64,000 nucleotides of DNA, taken from contig CAYLIB010000006.1 of NCBI GenBank assembly GCA_964384035.1, positions 13,336 to 77,335 of the forward strand, in the 5' to 3' direction. Shown piece after piece: positions 39,830-48,700 of this stretch (position 1 is its first letter; every line of letters starts with the position of its first letter). The position numbers and the translations under genes are program-made. The stretch is from an uncultured Candidatus Saccharibacteria bacterium (GTDB taxonomy: Bacteria; Patescibacteriota; Doudnabacteria; UBA920). The notes beneath the pieces are model-generated. The model saw only the letters and a program-made list of their open reading frames with translations. It did no database searches and was not told where the DNA came from.

Positions 39830-40945
39830 ATGAAAAAAATTCTAGTTTATTTAGTATTTTGTGCATTTCTAATTACTAGCTTCCCTGGATTGGGCAAAGC
39901 AATCGTGATTCAGCTTCCAAAAGCAAAAATTACGGCACCTTCCACAGGGGAGGTTTGGTATACAGGGCAAGTATATAAAATAGTTTGGGATGCTGGCTCC
40001 ACTTACAATTCGACGAGCGTGAGTATATCCCTAAACAATGCTAGTTGTTTAAACTCTTACTGTATCGCCCTTGCTCCCTATCAAATTGCAACTGAAGCAA
40101 AGAATACAGGAGTCTATGAGTGGAAGATTCCTACTGATATAGGCTCATACTTCAAAGGTAAGCAGTATATTAGCGTTTCACCGAATTATTCCGAGACTAT
40201 TAATAGTGGAATATTCACAATCAGTGATTCGGATACCAAACCCCCCGTACTAGAGTTTGGGATTTCAACAAAGAGTGATTTAAAAGGTGAAGTGGGAAAA
40301 TATTTTTCTGCCTCCTTCTTAGGAAGCGGTGGGTCACTCCCATATACTTGGTCACTTTCAGGTAGTATTCCCGAAGGTTTTCAGTTAATGGTGCCCCCAG
40401 CACCCCTTTATTGTCCTTTGCCAGATTGTAAAATAAGTGACCCCGCAGATATTCTACTTGTCGGCATACCTAAAGTTGCAGGTAATTTTAAAATAAAATT
40501 AACCCTCAAAGATGCAAATGGTAGGTCTATTACCTCGGAATATAATTTGGTAGTGTCTGAGAAACAAAATGGACAAGATAATAACAGTATTGAGTCAACT
40601 ACTCGTCCCGCATTGCCAACTAGAGTAATTAAGATCGACGGAGACCCCACGGTTTATTTGGTGACCCCAAGAGGAAAGCTGGTACCACTTCCTTCGGTCG
40701 CAGCTCTTAATTCAAATGGGTTTAAATTTTCAGATATAAAAGTTATAGAATCACAGAATCTAAACCGTTCTAGTACCCTCTATATAAGACTTAACGGAAA
40801 TGGGCGTATTTACAAACTCGAAAATGGAAAACGTCGTCCAATTACTTCACCCGCATGGACCAATTTAGGAGCTCCCGCAGAAGACATTGTTGACCTAAAT
40901 ACCACAACCTTCTACTCCTTCAAGCTCGGCGCGACAATTTACTAG
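39830..40945 (+). CDS. secreted protein with putative Ig-like (He_PIG/cadherin-like) domain
   Basis: Signal peptide MKKILVYLVFCAFLITSFPGLGKA. GSGGSLPYTWSLSGSIPEGFQL motif typical of the 'putative Ig' domain. Confidence 0.55.
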   Translation: MKKILVYLVFCAFLITSFPGLGKAIVIQLPKAKITAPSTGEVWYTGQVYKIVWDAGSTYNSTSVSISLNNASCLNSYCIALAPYQIATEAKNTGVYEWKIPTDIGSYFKGKQYISVSPNYSETINSGIFTISDSDTKPPVLEFGISTKSDLKGEVGKYFSASFLGSGGSLPYTWSLSGSIPEGFQLMVPPAPLYCPLPDCKISDPADILLVGIPKVAGNFKIKLTLKDANGRSITSEYNLVVSEKQNGQDNNSIESTTRPALPTRVIKIDGDPTVYLVTPRGKLVPLPSVAALNSNGFKFSDIKVIESQNLNRSSTLYIRLNGNGRIYKLENGKRRPITSPAWTNLGAPAEDIVDLNTTTFYSFKLGATIY

Positions 40946-41006
40946 TTAACATTTCATGGTAATAAACGCTATACTACAGTATGGTGTTTATTATTAATAA
41001 GAAAAT

Positions 41007-41498
41007 ATGACTTCGAAAGAATTTTTCATAAAAATGATGGAAGATGAGCTTCCTCGTTTCGAGCGTTTCGTAAATGCAGTACCTAAAGACAAAATAGACT
41101 ATGTACACCCAGATGATCCTAAAGGTAGTAGTGCCATTAAAGTATTAGCTGGAATGGGAGGGTCAGCCTCTACTTTCGCTGGATTGTTAAAGGAAGGAAC
41201 TGTGGATTTTTCGGCAGTCGACTGGGCAAAGTTCTCTAGTTTCGATTCAGCAAGAGACGCACTAGTCGGTGGATTGAGGGAATCTATAGAGGTCGCAAAA
41301 GAAATATCAGATGATGTGTGGGAATCAAAAGCACAAATGTTGATGGGGGAGAAGGTAGAGTGGGAGACAGAAAAACCAATTATGATGATGGGTCTTTTAA
41401 TGGATCTAGTGCATCACAGAGGCCAGCTCTCAACTTATATTCGACCGATGGGTGGTCAAGTCCCATCAATATACGGACCTAGCGGAGACACTCAATAA
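41007..41498 (+). CDS. DinB/YfiT-superfamily protein
   Basis: C-terminal LVHHRGQLSTYIRPMGG (metal-binding His pattern of DinB_2). Confidence 0.5.
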   Translation: MTSKEFFIKMMEDELPRFERFVNAVPKDKIDYVHPDDPKGSSAIKVLAGMGGSASTFAGLLKEGTVDFSAVDWAKFSSFDSARDALVGGLRESIEVAKEISDDVWESKAQMLMGEKVEWETEKPIMMMGLLMDLVHHRGQLSTYIRPMGGQVPSIYGPSGDTQ

Positions 41499-41500
41499 TT

Positions 41501-41537
41501 AAAAGCCACTCTTATTTTAAGAGTGGCTTTTAATTTT
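41501..41537 (+). terminator. intrinsic terminator
   Basis: aaaagccactctt-atttt-aagagtggctttt. Confidence 0.65.
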
Positions 41538-41604
41538 CCCCAACCAAATTTTTAAAAAATGTATTAATATTTTAATACAGTAGCTTTAGATAGGAGGAAA
41601 TAAA

Positions 41605-41940
41605 ATGCTGCAACCCCGTTTGCCTAAATACATGGAAAGAATGAAGGTGGTAACAGACCCTAAGAATGGTAGGGTTTCGCTCCGCTCATTAGATGACAAG
41701 GAGCGTTTCATCCTTCCACCCATGGCAATGCTTAAAGTAAGGATTTGCGGACAGTCTAATGAGGGTTATCCGTTCACCAACCCGACTTTAGCTATTTACG
41801 ATACGCAAATACCCGAGAAAACAATTCTTGAGGATCATATGGAAAAAAGAATAATTTTTATAGACTCTCAAGAAGAAATAAAATTTGAATTCCTACCTCC
41901 AGGAACCCAGTTGGTATTAATGCCTAAAAATTGGCTTTAG
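41605..41940 (+). CDS. hypothetical protein
   Basis: AGGAGG RBS. 111 aa. Confidence 0.5.
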   Translation: MLQPRLPKYMERMKVVTDPKNGRVSLRSLDDKERFILPPMAMLKVRICGQSNEGYPFTNPTLAIYDTQIPEKTILEDHMEKRIIFIDSQEEIKFEFLPPGTQLVLMPKNWL

Positions 41941-41957
41941 TCTAACTGGTTTTTTAT

Positions 41958-43028
41958 TTAGTATATTTCCCAACCACTGTCAGCGCGTACTTCCTCAGGT
42001 TTAATGGTTTTAACCCCTTTTCTCAAATTCATATAGGCAGCGATCCCAATCATGGCCGCGTTGTCAGTACATAGCTCCATCGGTGGAACAAGAAATTCTA
42101 AATTATTTTTCTCGCATGAGCTACGTAATGAGTCGCGAAGTCGTTTGTTAGCAGATACACCACCAGTGAGTGTGATAGTTTTAGCGCCAAATTTTTTAGC
42201 AGCTTTTAAGGTTTTTTGGGTTAGTACATCAGAGACGGCCTCCTCGAAAGCTAAAGCAATCTCGGCTTTTTTAAATTTCTTATTATCCTTTAGAAAATAC
42301 AAAACAGAAGTCTTTAGTCCAGAAAAAGAAAAATCAAAGTTATCTTTATTGAGAAGGGGTCTAGGGAAAGTTATTTTGGTTGGGGCGGATTTGGTGGCTA
42401 ATTTAGAAATCTCTGGTCCCCCCGGGTAGGGGAGTTTAAGCATTCTAGCAACTTTATCAAACGCTTCCCCGGCAGCATCATCTATGGTGTTTCCTATAAC
42501 TTTGTATTTCTTTTCAGATTCAATATTCACCAGCATTGTATGTCCACCGCTAACTACAAGCGCCATGATGGGGTATTTTATTTCATCCACATTAACCAAT
42601 TTATCTCCAATTTTTCTACCTAAAGCGGAATACATGTGCCCTTCCATGTGGTTTGTAGGAACCATAGAGATGCCAGTAGATACAGCTAAACCCTTCGCGA
42701 ATTCAGTACCCACCAGAAGACTCGCTATTAATCCAGGACCAGTAGTTGGGGCAATGTAGTTAATATCTTTGAGTTGCAAGCTTGCATCAGATAATGCTTT
42801 ATCTACTACGCTAGTAATATTTTCTAAGTGCGCGCGAGCAGCAATTTCAGGGACTACACCACCAAACTTAGAATGTTGTTGAATTTGTGAATTTACTACA
42901 CTGGATACGACACTGAAATTTGGGTTCTTAGATTTTAGGTCGCAATTAAGGACAGCTGCCGCAGTTTCATCGCAGCTGGTTTCTATAGAAAGAATATTTA
43001 CAAATTTATTAAGCATTTTTGGCTTCAC
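41958..43028 (-). CDS. tsaD: tRNA N6-adenosine threonylcarbamoyltransferase TsaD
   Basis: HMEGHMYSA and VSGGHT metal-binding motifs, SGGVSAN. Kae1/TsaD family. Confidence 0.9.
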   Translation of the reverse strand: MKPKMLNKFVNILSIETSCDETAAAVLNCDLKSKNPNFSVVSSVVNSQIQQHSKFGGVVPEIAARAHLENITSVVDKALSDASLQLKDINYIAPTTGPGLIASLLVGTEFAKGLAVSTGISMVPTNHMEGHMYSALGRKIGDKLVNVDEIKYPIMALVVSGGHTMLVNIESEKKYKVIGNTIDDAAGEAFDKVARMLKLPYPGGPEISKLATKSAPTKITFPRPLLNKDNFDFSFSGLKTSVLYFLKDNKKFKKAEIALAFEEAVSDVLTQKTLKAAKKFGAKTITLTGGVSANKRLRDSLRSSCEKNNLEFLVPPMELCTDNAAMIGIAAYMNLRKGVKTIKPEEVRADSGWEIY

Positions 43029-43632
43029 GTTTACTTCCTTTCAATATAAATCCCCATATAACACTACTAAATAGAGTTCCAAGAACAATTATATAAATGA
43101 TATTTCCAGTTAAGGAGTGAATATACTCCCAATTACTTCCAAAAATATAACCGATTAAACAATTCATGCCAACCTCTGCCACCTCGCCAAAAAATTCAAA
43201 AAATAAATATTTATAATACGGATATTTCCCTAGTCCTGTAAGAATGTTTACCGTTGGAGCAACTGCTGTAAGAAACCTGCTCATGAAAATTGTTATAAAA
43301 GGGTGCTTTTCAAAGTTTTTTTCAATTGCGGTAAATTTGGGAGAATAAAGCATTCTTTTAAAACCAATTTTTTCTAAAACCGGCCTACCAAATTTATTAG
43401 CAATAAAGTAACCGCTGTTGTCGCCCGCTACGTTCCCGGCTACTCCCACTATAAATACCAACCAAGGTTCCATGTATCCCTGGACCGCAAATGCTGTAGC
43501 AGCCATGAGCATTGTCCCTGAAGGTAGGGGGAGAAGTAGTGCCCCGGCATAGGTAATTAAAAAAATAGCTAAGTACTTATATGTAAGGACATAAGCTAAT
43601 AGATTATCTAAGGATAAGATTGAGAGATCCAT
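43009..43632 (-). CDS. DedA / VTT-domain membrane protein
   Basis: FMSRFLTAVAPTVNILTGLGK resembles the DedA signature. Five TM helices. Confidence 0.6.
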   Translation of the reverse strand: MDLSILSLDNLLAYVLTYKYLAIFLITYAGALLLPLPSGTMLMAATAFAVQGYMEPWLVFIVGVAGNVAGDNSGYFIANKFGRPVLEKIGFKRMLYSPKFTAIEKNFEKHPFITIFMSRFLTAVAPTVNILTGLGKYPYYKYLFFEFFGEVAEVGMNCLIGYIFGSNWEYIHSLTGNIIYIIVLGTLFSSVIWGFILKGSKREAKNA

Positions 43633-43634
43633 AT

Positions 43635-44000
43635 TTATTTCCCCGATCTTTTATATTCTCTCACCGCATTTCTAATCTGAGAGATCACTTCTTTCTCGGA
43701 AACTTTTCTATCTTTTGCAAAATTAGAGATAACTAATTTTGGGTATCTTGTATCATCGATAGCGAGACTCTTTTCAAGGAAAGAGGAGGGGATATTAAAT
43801 ACAGTATTTACATACTCAAAAGTCATCCAGGGTCTAATATCGCTCGAGTGACTCTTTGTCATCTTTCTGATAGATAACCCTTCTTTATGTAAACCTCTGT
43901 ATTCATGTATCGTTTTTGCACAAAAAATTACAATTACCGCAAAAAGTCCAAGTATTACCACGACTTGCCATTTTTTAAGTTTTTTAAACCAATTTCGCAT
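43635..44000 (-). CDS. hypothetical single-pass membrane protein
   Basis: N-terminal TM helix (VVVILGLFAVIVIFCA). Confidence 0.5.
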   Translation of the reverse strand: MRNWFKKLKKWQVVVILGLFAVIVIFCAKTIHEYRGLHKEGLSIRKMTKSHSSDIRPWMTFEYVNTVFNIPSSFLEKSLAIDDTRYPKLVISNFAKDRKVSEKEVISQIRNAVREYKRSGK

Positions 44001-44052
44001 AATTGTTTTTTAAAGTTTTACCACCAGACTTTACTAAGATAACTTTTAATTC

Positions 44053-44082
44053 AAAAAAAAACCAGTGTATCTCTACACTTGG
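44053..44082 (-). terminator. intrinsic terminator for the 44073 gene
   Basis: On the minus strand: ccaagtgta-gaga-tacactgg followed by TTTTTTTT. Confidence 0.55.
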
Positions 44083-44777
44083 TCGCACCAAAGTTCATAT
44101 GCGTGTCTATAAGTTTGGTCAGTATAATTTCCTAAAAAGGTTCTACGTTCAGGTTTATATAACCAAACCGACTCTCTTTTAGGTTTTCTTACCCACGCAA
44201 ATGGTGGTCTTTCATACCAAACAAAAACCTCCATCGTTGGTATGTTATCCGGGTTATCATAAATATCGATTCCCTCAATAAAATATTGACCGTGTTCCAG
44301 GAATTCCGCATTCGCAGCTTTCTTAATAAGTCCACCTATGCGGTTCCTGGCACTCACCTTTACCTTTGGGTATTCTCCACCTTTTGTCTGAATGATGTTC
44401 CTGCCGAATGACCTTCTGCCTACAATCAGGATTACTTCTCCAGATCTTTCAGCAAAGTCTCGACCTTTTCCGTATATCAGTTCAGAGAGAATTGGATTTA
44501 AATACAGAAGGTTGCTCAAATCATTACTCTCTTCTGTATCTATATACCAACCAACTCCTAATTCTATTTCCTCCTCTTCATTTTGGTAAGTGTTTCTCTG
44601 CTCTCCGTAATAGCTTCGCACCAATCCTGGTGACGGGGGTCTATGCATGAATCGCTTACCTCCAACTGTTTTATGTGTTGCCCCACGCAACACAAGCGAT
44701 TCTAATTCATTTTTTAATAATTGTCTATCTCCTTGACATTGAGTGATAATTAAGTTAAATTCCTTTTTCTCATACAT
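44073..44777 (-). CDS. hypothetical protein
   Basis: 234-aa ORF. No motif confidently recognised. Confidence 0.5.
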   Translation of the reverse strand: MYEKKEFNLIITQCQGDRQLLKNELESLVLRGATHKTVGGKRFMHRPPSPGLVRSYYGEQRNTYQNEEEEIELGVGWYIDTEESNDLSNLLYLNPILSELIYGKGRDFAERSGEVILIVGRRSFGRNIIQTKGGEYPKVKVSARNRIGGLIKKAANAEFLEHGQYFIEGIDIYDNPDNIPTMEVFVWYERPPFAWVRKPKRESVWLYKPERRTFLGNYTDQTYRHAYELWCDQV

Positions 44778-44800
44778 AGTAATAAATCGAGGAGGTACAT

Positions 44801-45067
44801 ATGGGAGAGCGCTTACGTAAGCTCAGTGAAGCTGAGGCCATAAAATTTATTATGGACAATACAGGATACAAAACCTGTCAACATATCGAGGGTTTGGGGT
44901 TACTAAAACAACCCGACGGTGCGATCTATTTTCTTGAGAGCGAAACCTGGGAAGGCGAAGTTCTAAGTGATAAACTTCTATGTGCACCATGCGGGCATGC
45001 AATAGAAGATCAATATGAACCAATTAGGCTCTTTAGTCTTTCAAAAATAATGAGAGAAGGATATTAA
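44801..45067 (+). CDS. hypothetical small protein
   Basis: GAGGAGG RBS. 88 aa. CxxC-like CAPCGH. Confidence 0.5.
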   Translation: MGERLRKLSEAEAIKFIMDNTGYKTCQHIEGLGLLKQPDGAIYFLESETWEGEVLSDKLLCAPCGHAIEDQYEPIRLFSLSKIMREGY

Positions 45068-45097
45068 AAACCGATACAACTGTATCGGCTTTTTTAT
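45067..45097. terminator. bidirectional terminator
   Basis: aaaaaccgataca-ac-tgtatcggctttttt. Confidence 0.65.
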
Positions 45098-45105
45098 TTC
45101 GGAAG

Positions 45106-46278
45106 TTATAATATCCTATATCTATGCATTTTATAAATTACAAGTATAGAAAGTAGTCCAAAGAAAGATCCAGCAACCACAAAAGCATAACTAAAAGAGA
45201 AGTGGTCATTCAGATAACCTATTAAAGGGCCAACTACAGCGAAGACTAAGCGCATTATTAGCCCAGACAAAGAGAGTATTGTTGCTCGAATATCTTCCGG
45301 TGTTTTTTTATTTATATAGTCTCTTAGAACTGGCATGTTAAGCCCTCTAACAAAGTAGGGTATAAACATTATTCCTATTCCAGCTAAACCCGGAGTATAT
45401 GCCAACCCAAAAAAACTAATAGCTAGAAGTGGCATTAATAGAATCAAAGTTTGTTTCCTGCCAAGTTTTCTTTCAATTTTCTCCGCGCTAGCAGAAGTAA
45501 TAGCCGACGCAAACTGTAAAGTCGCCCAAATAATTCCAAACCAAGCAATTGCTATTCCCGCAGCCTCAAACCTAGGTTGAATGAACCAAATAAAAGTAAT
45601 ACCAGCAGATGAAACCACGGCTGAGTAAATGGTTAACCATTTAATTTCAGTATGGTCTACAAGTCCAAACTTAATGGTTTTAATGAGTGTTTTGAATTTA
45701 CCCGCAGTTGTTTCCATTTTCTTCCTAGTCGGTTCTACAAGAGTAAGTGCTACAGGTACAGCGCAAAGTGCTGCCAATGCCTGAATGTAAAGAGGGAAGC
45801 GAAGGCTAACAAGAGCCAAAAATCCACCAAGCACGCTCGCAGTTCCCTCACTCAAATTCCAAGTAGTGTTCATCCTACCTTCTCGTTTAGTGTAGGTTCC
45901 AGTTTCCCCAATTTGAGCTAGCGTGTCGTAAAGCATTGCCGAGTCCGCACCAGACATAAGTGCTGTACCCAGAGCTAATAGTATTTCCGCTAAAAGGAAG
46001 CTTCCAAAGTTATAAGATACGGAATAAAAACCCCACGCAGAAGCCCAAACCAGCATTCCTAAGACGATAGCAAGTTTTCTGCCATAAGTGTCTGCAATCA
46101 ATCCCGTAGGGATCTCTAGGATAGCAAGTGCAATCCCAAAACAAGCCTGAAGCACTAGCACTTTCCCCACACTGAGACCGTTACTCTGGTAAAAAGGCAC
46201 TAAAATAGGCACCGAAAGTAAAAACCACCTAAGCGCCTGAATCACATACAGCTTCCAAATATTATTTTTGATATTCAT
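45106..46278 (-). CDS. MFS transporter
   Basis: 390 aa, 12 predicted TM helices. MFS-like loop motif GLIADTYGRK. Confidence 0.75.
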   Translation of the reverse strand: MNIKNNIWKLYVIQALRWFLLSVPILVPFYQSNGLSVGKVLVLQACFGIALAILEIPTGLIADTYGRKLAIVLGMLVWASAWGFYSVSYNFGSFLLAEILLALGTALMSGADSAMLYDTLAQIGETGTYTKREGRMNTTWNLSEGTASVLGGFLALVSLRFPLYIQALAALCAVPVALTLVEPTRKKMETTAGKFKTLIKTIKFGLVDHTEIKWLTIYSAVVSSAGITFIWFIQPRFEAAGIAIAWFGIIWATLQFASAITSASAEKIERKLGRKQTLILLMPLLAISFFGLAYTPGLAGIGIMFIPYFVRGLNMPVLRDYINKKTPEDIRATILSLSGLIMRLVFAVVGPLIGYLNDHFSFSYAFVVAGSFFGLLSILVIYKMHRYRIL

Positions 46279-46347
46279 ATACTATATAGTAACAAATACA
46301 GAAACGAAGGGGTGGTGCTGTATGTCTAAAAGCATAGAACCTCAAAG

Positions 46348-46376
46348 TTTACCTACTCCACATATACTGCTAATAT
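46348..46376 (+). promoter_or_regulatory. candidate promoter (TTTACC-17-TAATAT) driving the riboswitch-like leader
   Basis: -35-like 46348-46353, 17-nt spacer, -10 TAATAT 46371-46376. Confidence 0.3.
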
Positions 46377-46384
46377 AAATTACT

Positions 46385-46551
46385 TACAAAAATCAAAAAC
46401 TTCCCCCAGGGAATTCCGGTAAGATCCCGGAGCTGTGCCGCAACCGTAATGTCCGCCTTAGGCGGAACAAGTCGGGTCGCTGAGAGAAGTTAAACAGTTT
46501 CCCGAGCAGGACAAATTTAAAAAAACTTCTCGGGAAAGGGGAGTTTTTTTA
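46385..46551 (+). promoter_or_regulatory. cobalamin-riboswitch-like leader with terminator/antiterminator expression platform
   Basis: cAGGGAAuuCCGGUAAGAUCCCGGAGCUGuGCCGCAACCGUAA matches the Cbl core (GGGAA...GGUGnAAnUCC...GCnG.CCCGCnACUGUAA). P6-like hairpin UCCGCC-UUAG-GGCGGA. Degenerate B12-box-like AAGUCGGG. Mutually exclusive pairings gagaagtt/aacttctc versus tttcccgag/ctcgggaaa. GGGGAG RBS then T7 then ATG. Confidence 0.5.
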
Positions 46552-46552
46552 A

Positions 46553-48697
46553 ATGCAAACCACTGAAACACAATCTACTCAAGCAGAATACCTAGACCCT
46601 GAAAACCCCGAAGGTGTTGTATTTAATCCTGACGATTTTCACAAGCCAGAAGCTATAAGTCCAGAAAAAACCAGCCAGCAGGAAACTCCCGATCAGATAG
46701 TAAACCTGGCTGGTAATTCTCTTGGTCAGGAGTACTCTATATTACACCTTCCTGATTCTAATTTCAGCGGAAGGTACGACGAAGAAACAGACGACATTCA
46801 CTATGAACACAACAACACTACTCTGAAGACTTTTAATATTGGAGGTAAAGAAGACTATAATACGCTCATTCGAGAACTAATTACAGAAGGAGTTGTTTTT
46901 AGAAAATCTGAAGACGAGAAATACGCAACGGCGTGGGTATACGATTTTAATTCAAAAGAGGTGAGGAGTTATGTGCTCAAAGCAGCGCCAAAACCAAAAT
47001 TTGAATATAGTTTTGGTAACGAGGATGACTACACAGCAAACTCAGAAACGGGCGAAGAGCAAATTACAATAAACCTGACTGAACTATTTAAAACAGAGGA
47101 TTCAAATGCTTTGCAAACAGAACAAAAAGCAGAGAGTTTTTTTTCGGTTGCAAGTCTAGCATCTATATTTACCAATAAAGAAAATGAAACCGCTTCTCCA
47201 CAAGAAACAAGTACAGTAGATACTGTTAAGAATATTTTTATTAATACATCAAGGGTAGAAGCTGAGAAGGAGCCAGAAAAAAATTGGCAAAAACTAATCC
47301 AGATAATTTACGAAGAACCAAAATCCATGGAGGCTACTTCTGCCAGAATAGAAGGACTTGAAGAAGATAAGGCAGTGGTTAAGCAAGAGGTAAGGAAAAC
47401 GATTCTTACGCAGTCTGTTGAACCAAAAGAAGTTGTATTAAGAAGTCCTCGTACTGATTCGTCAGAGAAAGATGTTCCCGTTGAGATAAATCATGTGTAT
47501 CCAGAAATAGTAGAATTTGTACATTCCCAAAAAGTGGAATCTGTACAACCACAAACCCCAGAGTCTTTTGAAACTGTCATAGGAGAAGAGGCAGATGGTA
47601 TAGAGGAAGTAGAAAGCATGGTAAACAAAGAGGAAAGTCATCTTAAAAATGAGGTTATTCAGCAAAGGGCAGATATCCAAACACCAGAAACTTTTGTGGG
47701 TACAATATCAGAACCAGTAATCGAGATAGCTTCAGAAGTACAAGACCCCGTCAATTCCACGAAAGTCTCTCTCAAGGAGGGCCCCTCTATTAATCGGACA
47801 CCGGAACTCAAGGAAGATTTTACAGTGGATATTGTGCACAATTTAAAACAAGAAGTTGTGGAATCCGTCAGAAGAATAGAAAGTACCCAAAGCCAATTAG
47901 TTATTCGTCCCGAGGTGCTTACAGAAGAGATTTCGCAGGGAGATAAATTAGAAGAGTCGGTCAAATTGCCAGATCCAAGAAAAATAGAAGATGTTGTGCT
48001 CAAAAAGGAAGTCCTTAATGCTGTTGTAGTAGACGAAATAGTAGAGCTTAAAACATCAGAGCCGACAGAATTACAAAAAACAGAATTTGAACAACCAACT
48101 GAAACCATCGTACAGCAAGCCTTAGAGCAATCCTTTGAAGAAATGACTATCGCAGAACAAAAGCTTACTGAAAAAGATGAAAAATATACGGTTCTGGAAG
48201 TTCTAGAACAAGAAGTAAAACCCCCAATCGAAGCTTTATCCAAAGATTTAAGTCTTAAAGGTGTTACTAAGGTAATCATTCCGGAAGCCAGTACAACCCT
48301 AAATCAAATAAAGCCAAATCAAATAAAAATAGAGGAGGGCTTAGAAAAGCGAACTGAATCATTACACCCTCTTCAAGTCCACAAAGAAGAAGTTATTGTT
48401 AAGCAAGAAGATCTGTTAAGTAAAAGCAATCAAGATATTAAATCTCCTAAGTCAGAAGGAATTACTCAAGAGATATTTATAGGCAGTACGGTTTCGCTCC
48501 AGGTCGAAGACAAGCCCAAAAAAATACCAGAAGTTAATTTAGCAAAAGAAAAAAAACCCGATGTTTCGAGGACTGTCTATATACAAGAAAATTTCCGAAG
48601 AAGATTTTCAGGGGTGGGGGATGTCCAGCAAGAGTCATTTACCACAGTAAATTCTCCGGTGCTAGACTCAAATCTAGTAGCAGAAGTAAGTTCCTAA
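46553..48697 (+). CDS. hyper-acidic low-complexity (E/V/Q/T-rich) protein, predicted intrinsically disordered
   Basis: 714 aa. No TM helix or signal peptide. Long E/K/V/Q-rich degenerate repeats. First gene after the riboswitch-like leader. Confidence 0.6.
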   Translation: MQTTETQSTQAEYLDPENPEGVVFNPDDFHKPEAISPEKTSQQETPDQIVNLAGNSLGQEYSILHLPDSNFSGRYDEETDDIHYEHNNTTLKTFNIGGKEDYNTLIRELITEGVVFRKSEDEKYATAWVYDFNSKEVRSYVLKAAPKPKFEYSFGNEDDYTANSETGEEQITINLTELFKTEDSNALQTEQKAESFFSVASLASIFTNKENETASPQETSTVDTVKNIFINTSRVEAEKEPEKNWQKLIQIIYEEPKSMEATSARIEGLEEDKAVVKQEVRKTILTQSVEPKEVVLRSPRTDSSEKDVPVEINHVYPEIVEFVHSQKVESVQPQTPESFETVIGEEADGIEEVESMVNKEESHLKNEVIQQRADIQTPETFVGTISEPVIEIASEVQDPVNSTKVSLKEGPSINRTPELKEDFTVDIVHNLKQEVVESVRRIESTQSQLVIRPEVLTEEISQGDKLEESVKLPDPRKIEDVVLKKEVLNAVVVDEIVELKTSEPTELQKTEFEQPTETIVQQALEQSFEEMTIAEQKLTEKDEKYTVLEVLEQEVKPPIEALSKDLSLKGVTKVIIPEASTTLNQIKPNQIKIEEGLEKRTESLHPLQVHKEEVIVKQEDLLSKSNQDIKSPKSEGITQEIFIGSTVSLQVEDKPKKIPEVNLAKEKKPDVSRTVYIQENFRRRFSGVGDVQQESFTTVNSPVLDSNLVAEVSS

Positions 48698-48700
48698 AAA

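Noticed and set aside
46385-46551. TPP riboswitch assignment for the leader (contains GCUGAGA).
   Set aside because: Only the CUGAGA hexamer matches. The ACCC...GAACCUGAUC...GGGA elements of the TPP aptamer are absent, whereas the cobalamin core aligns over about 40 nt.
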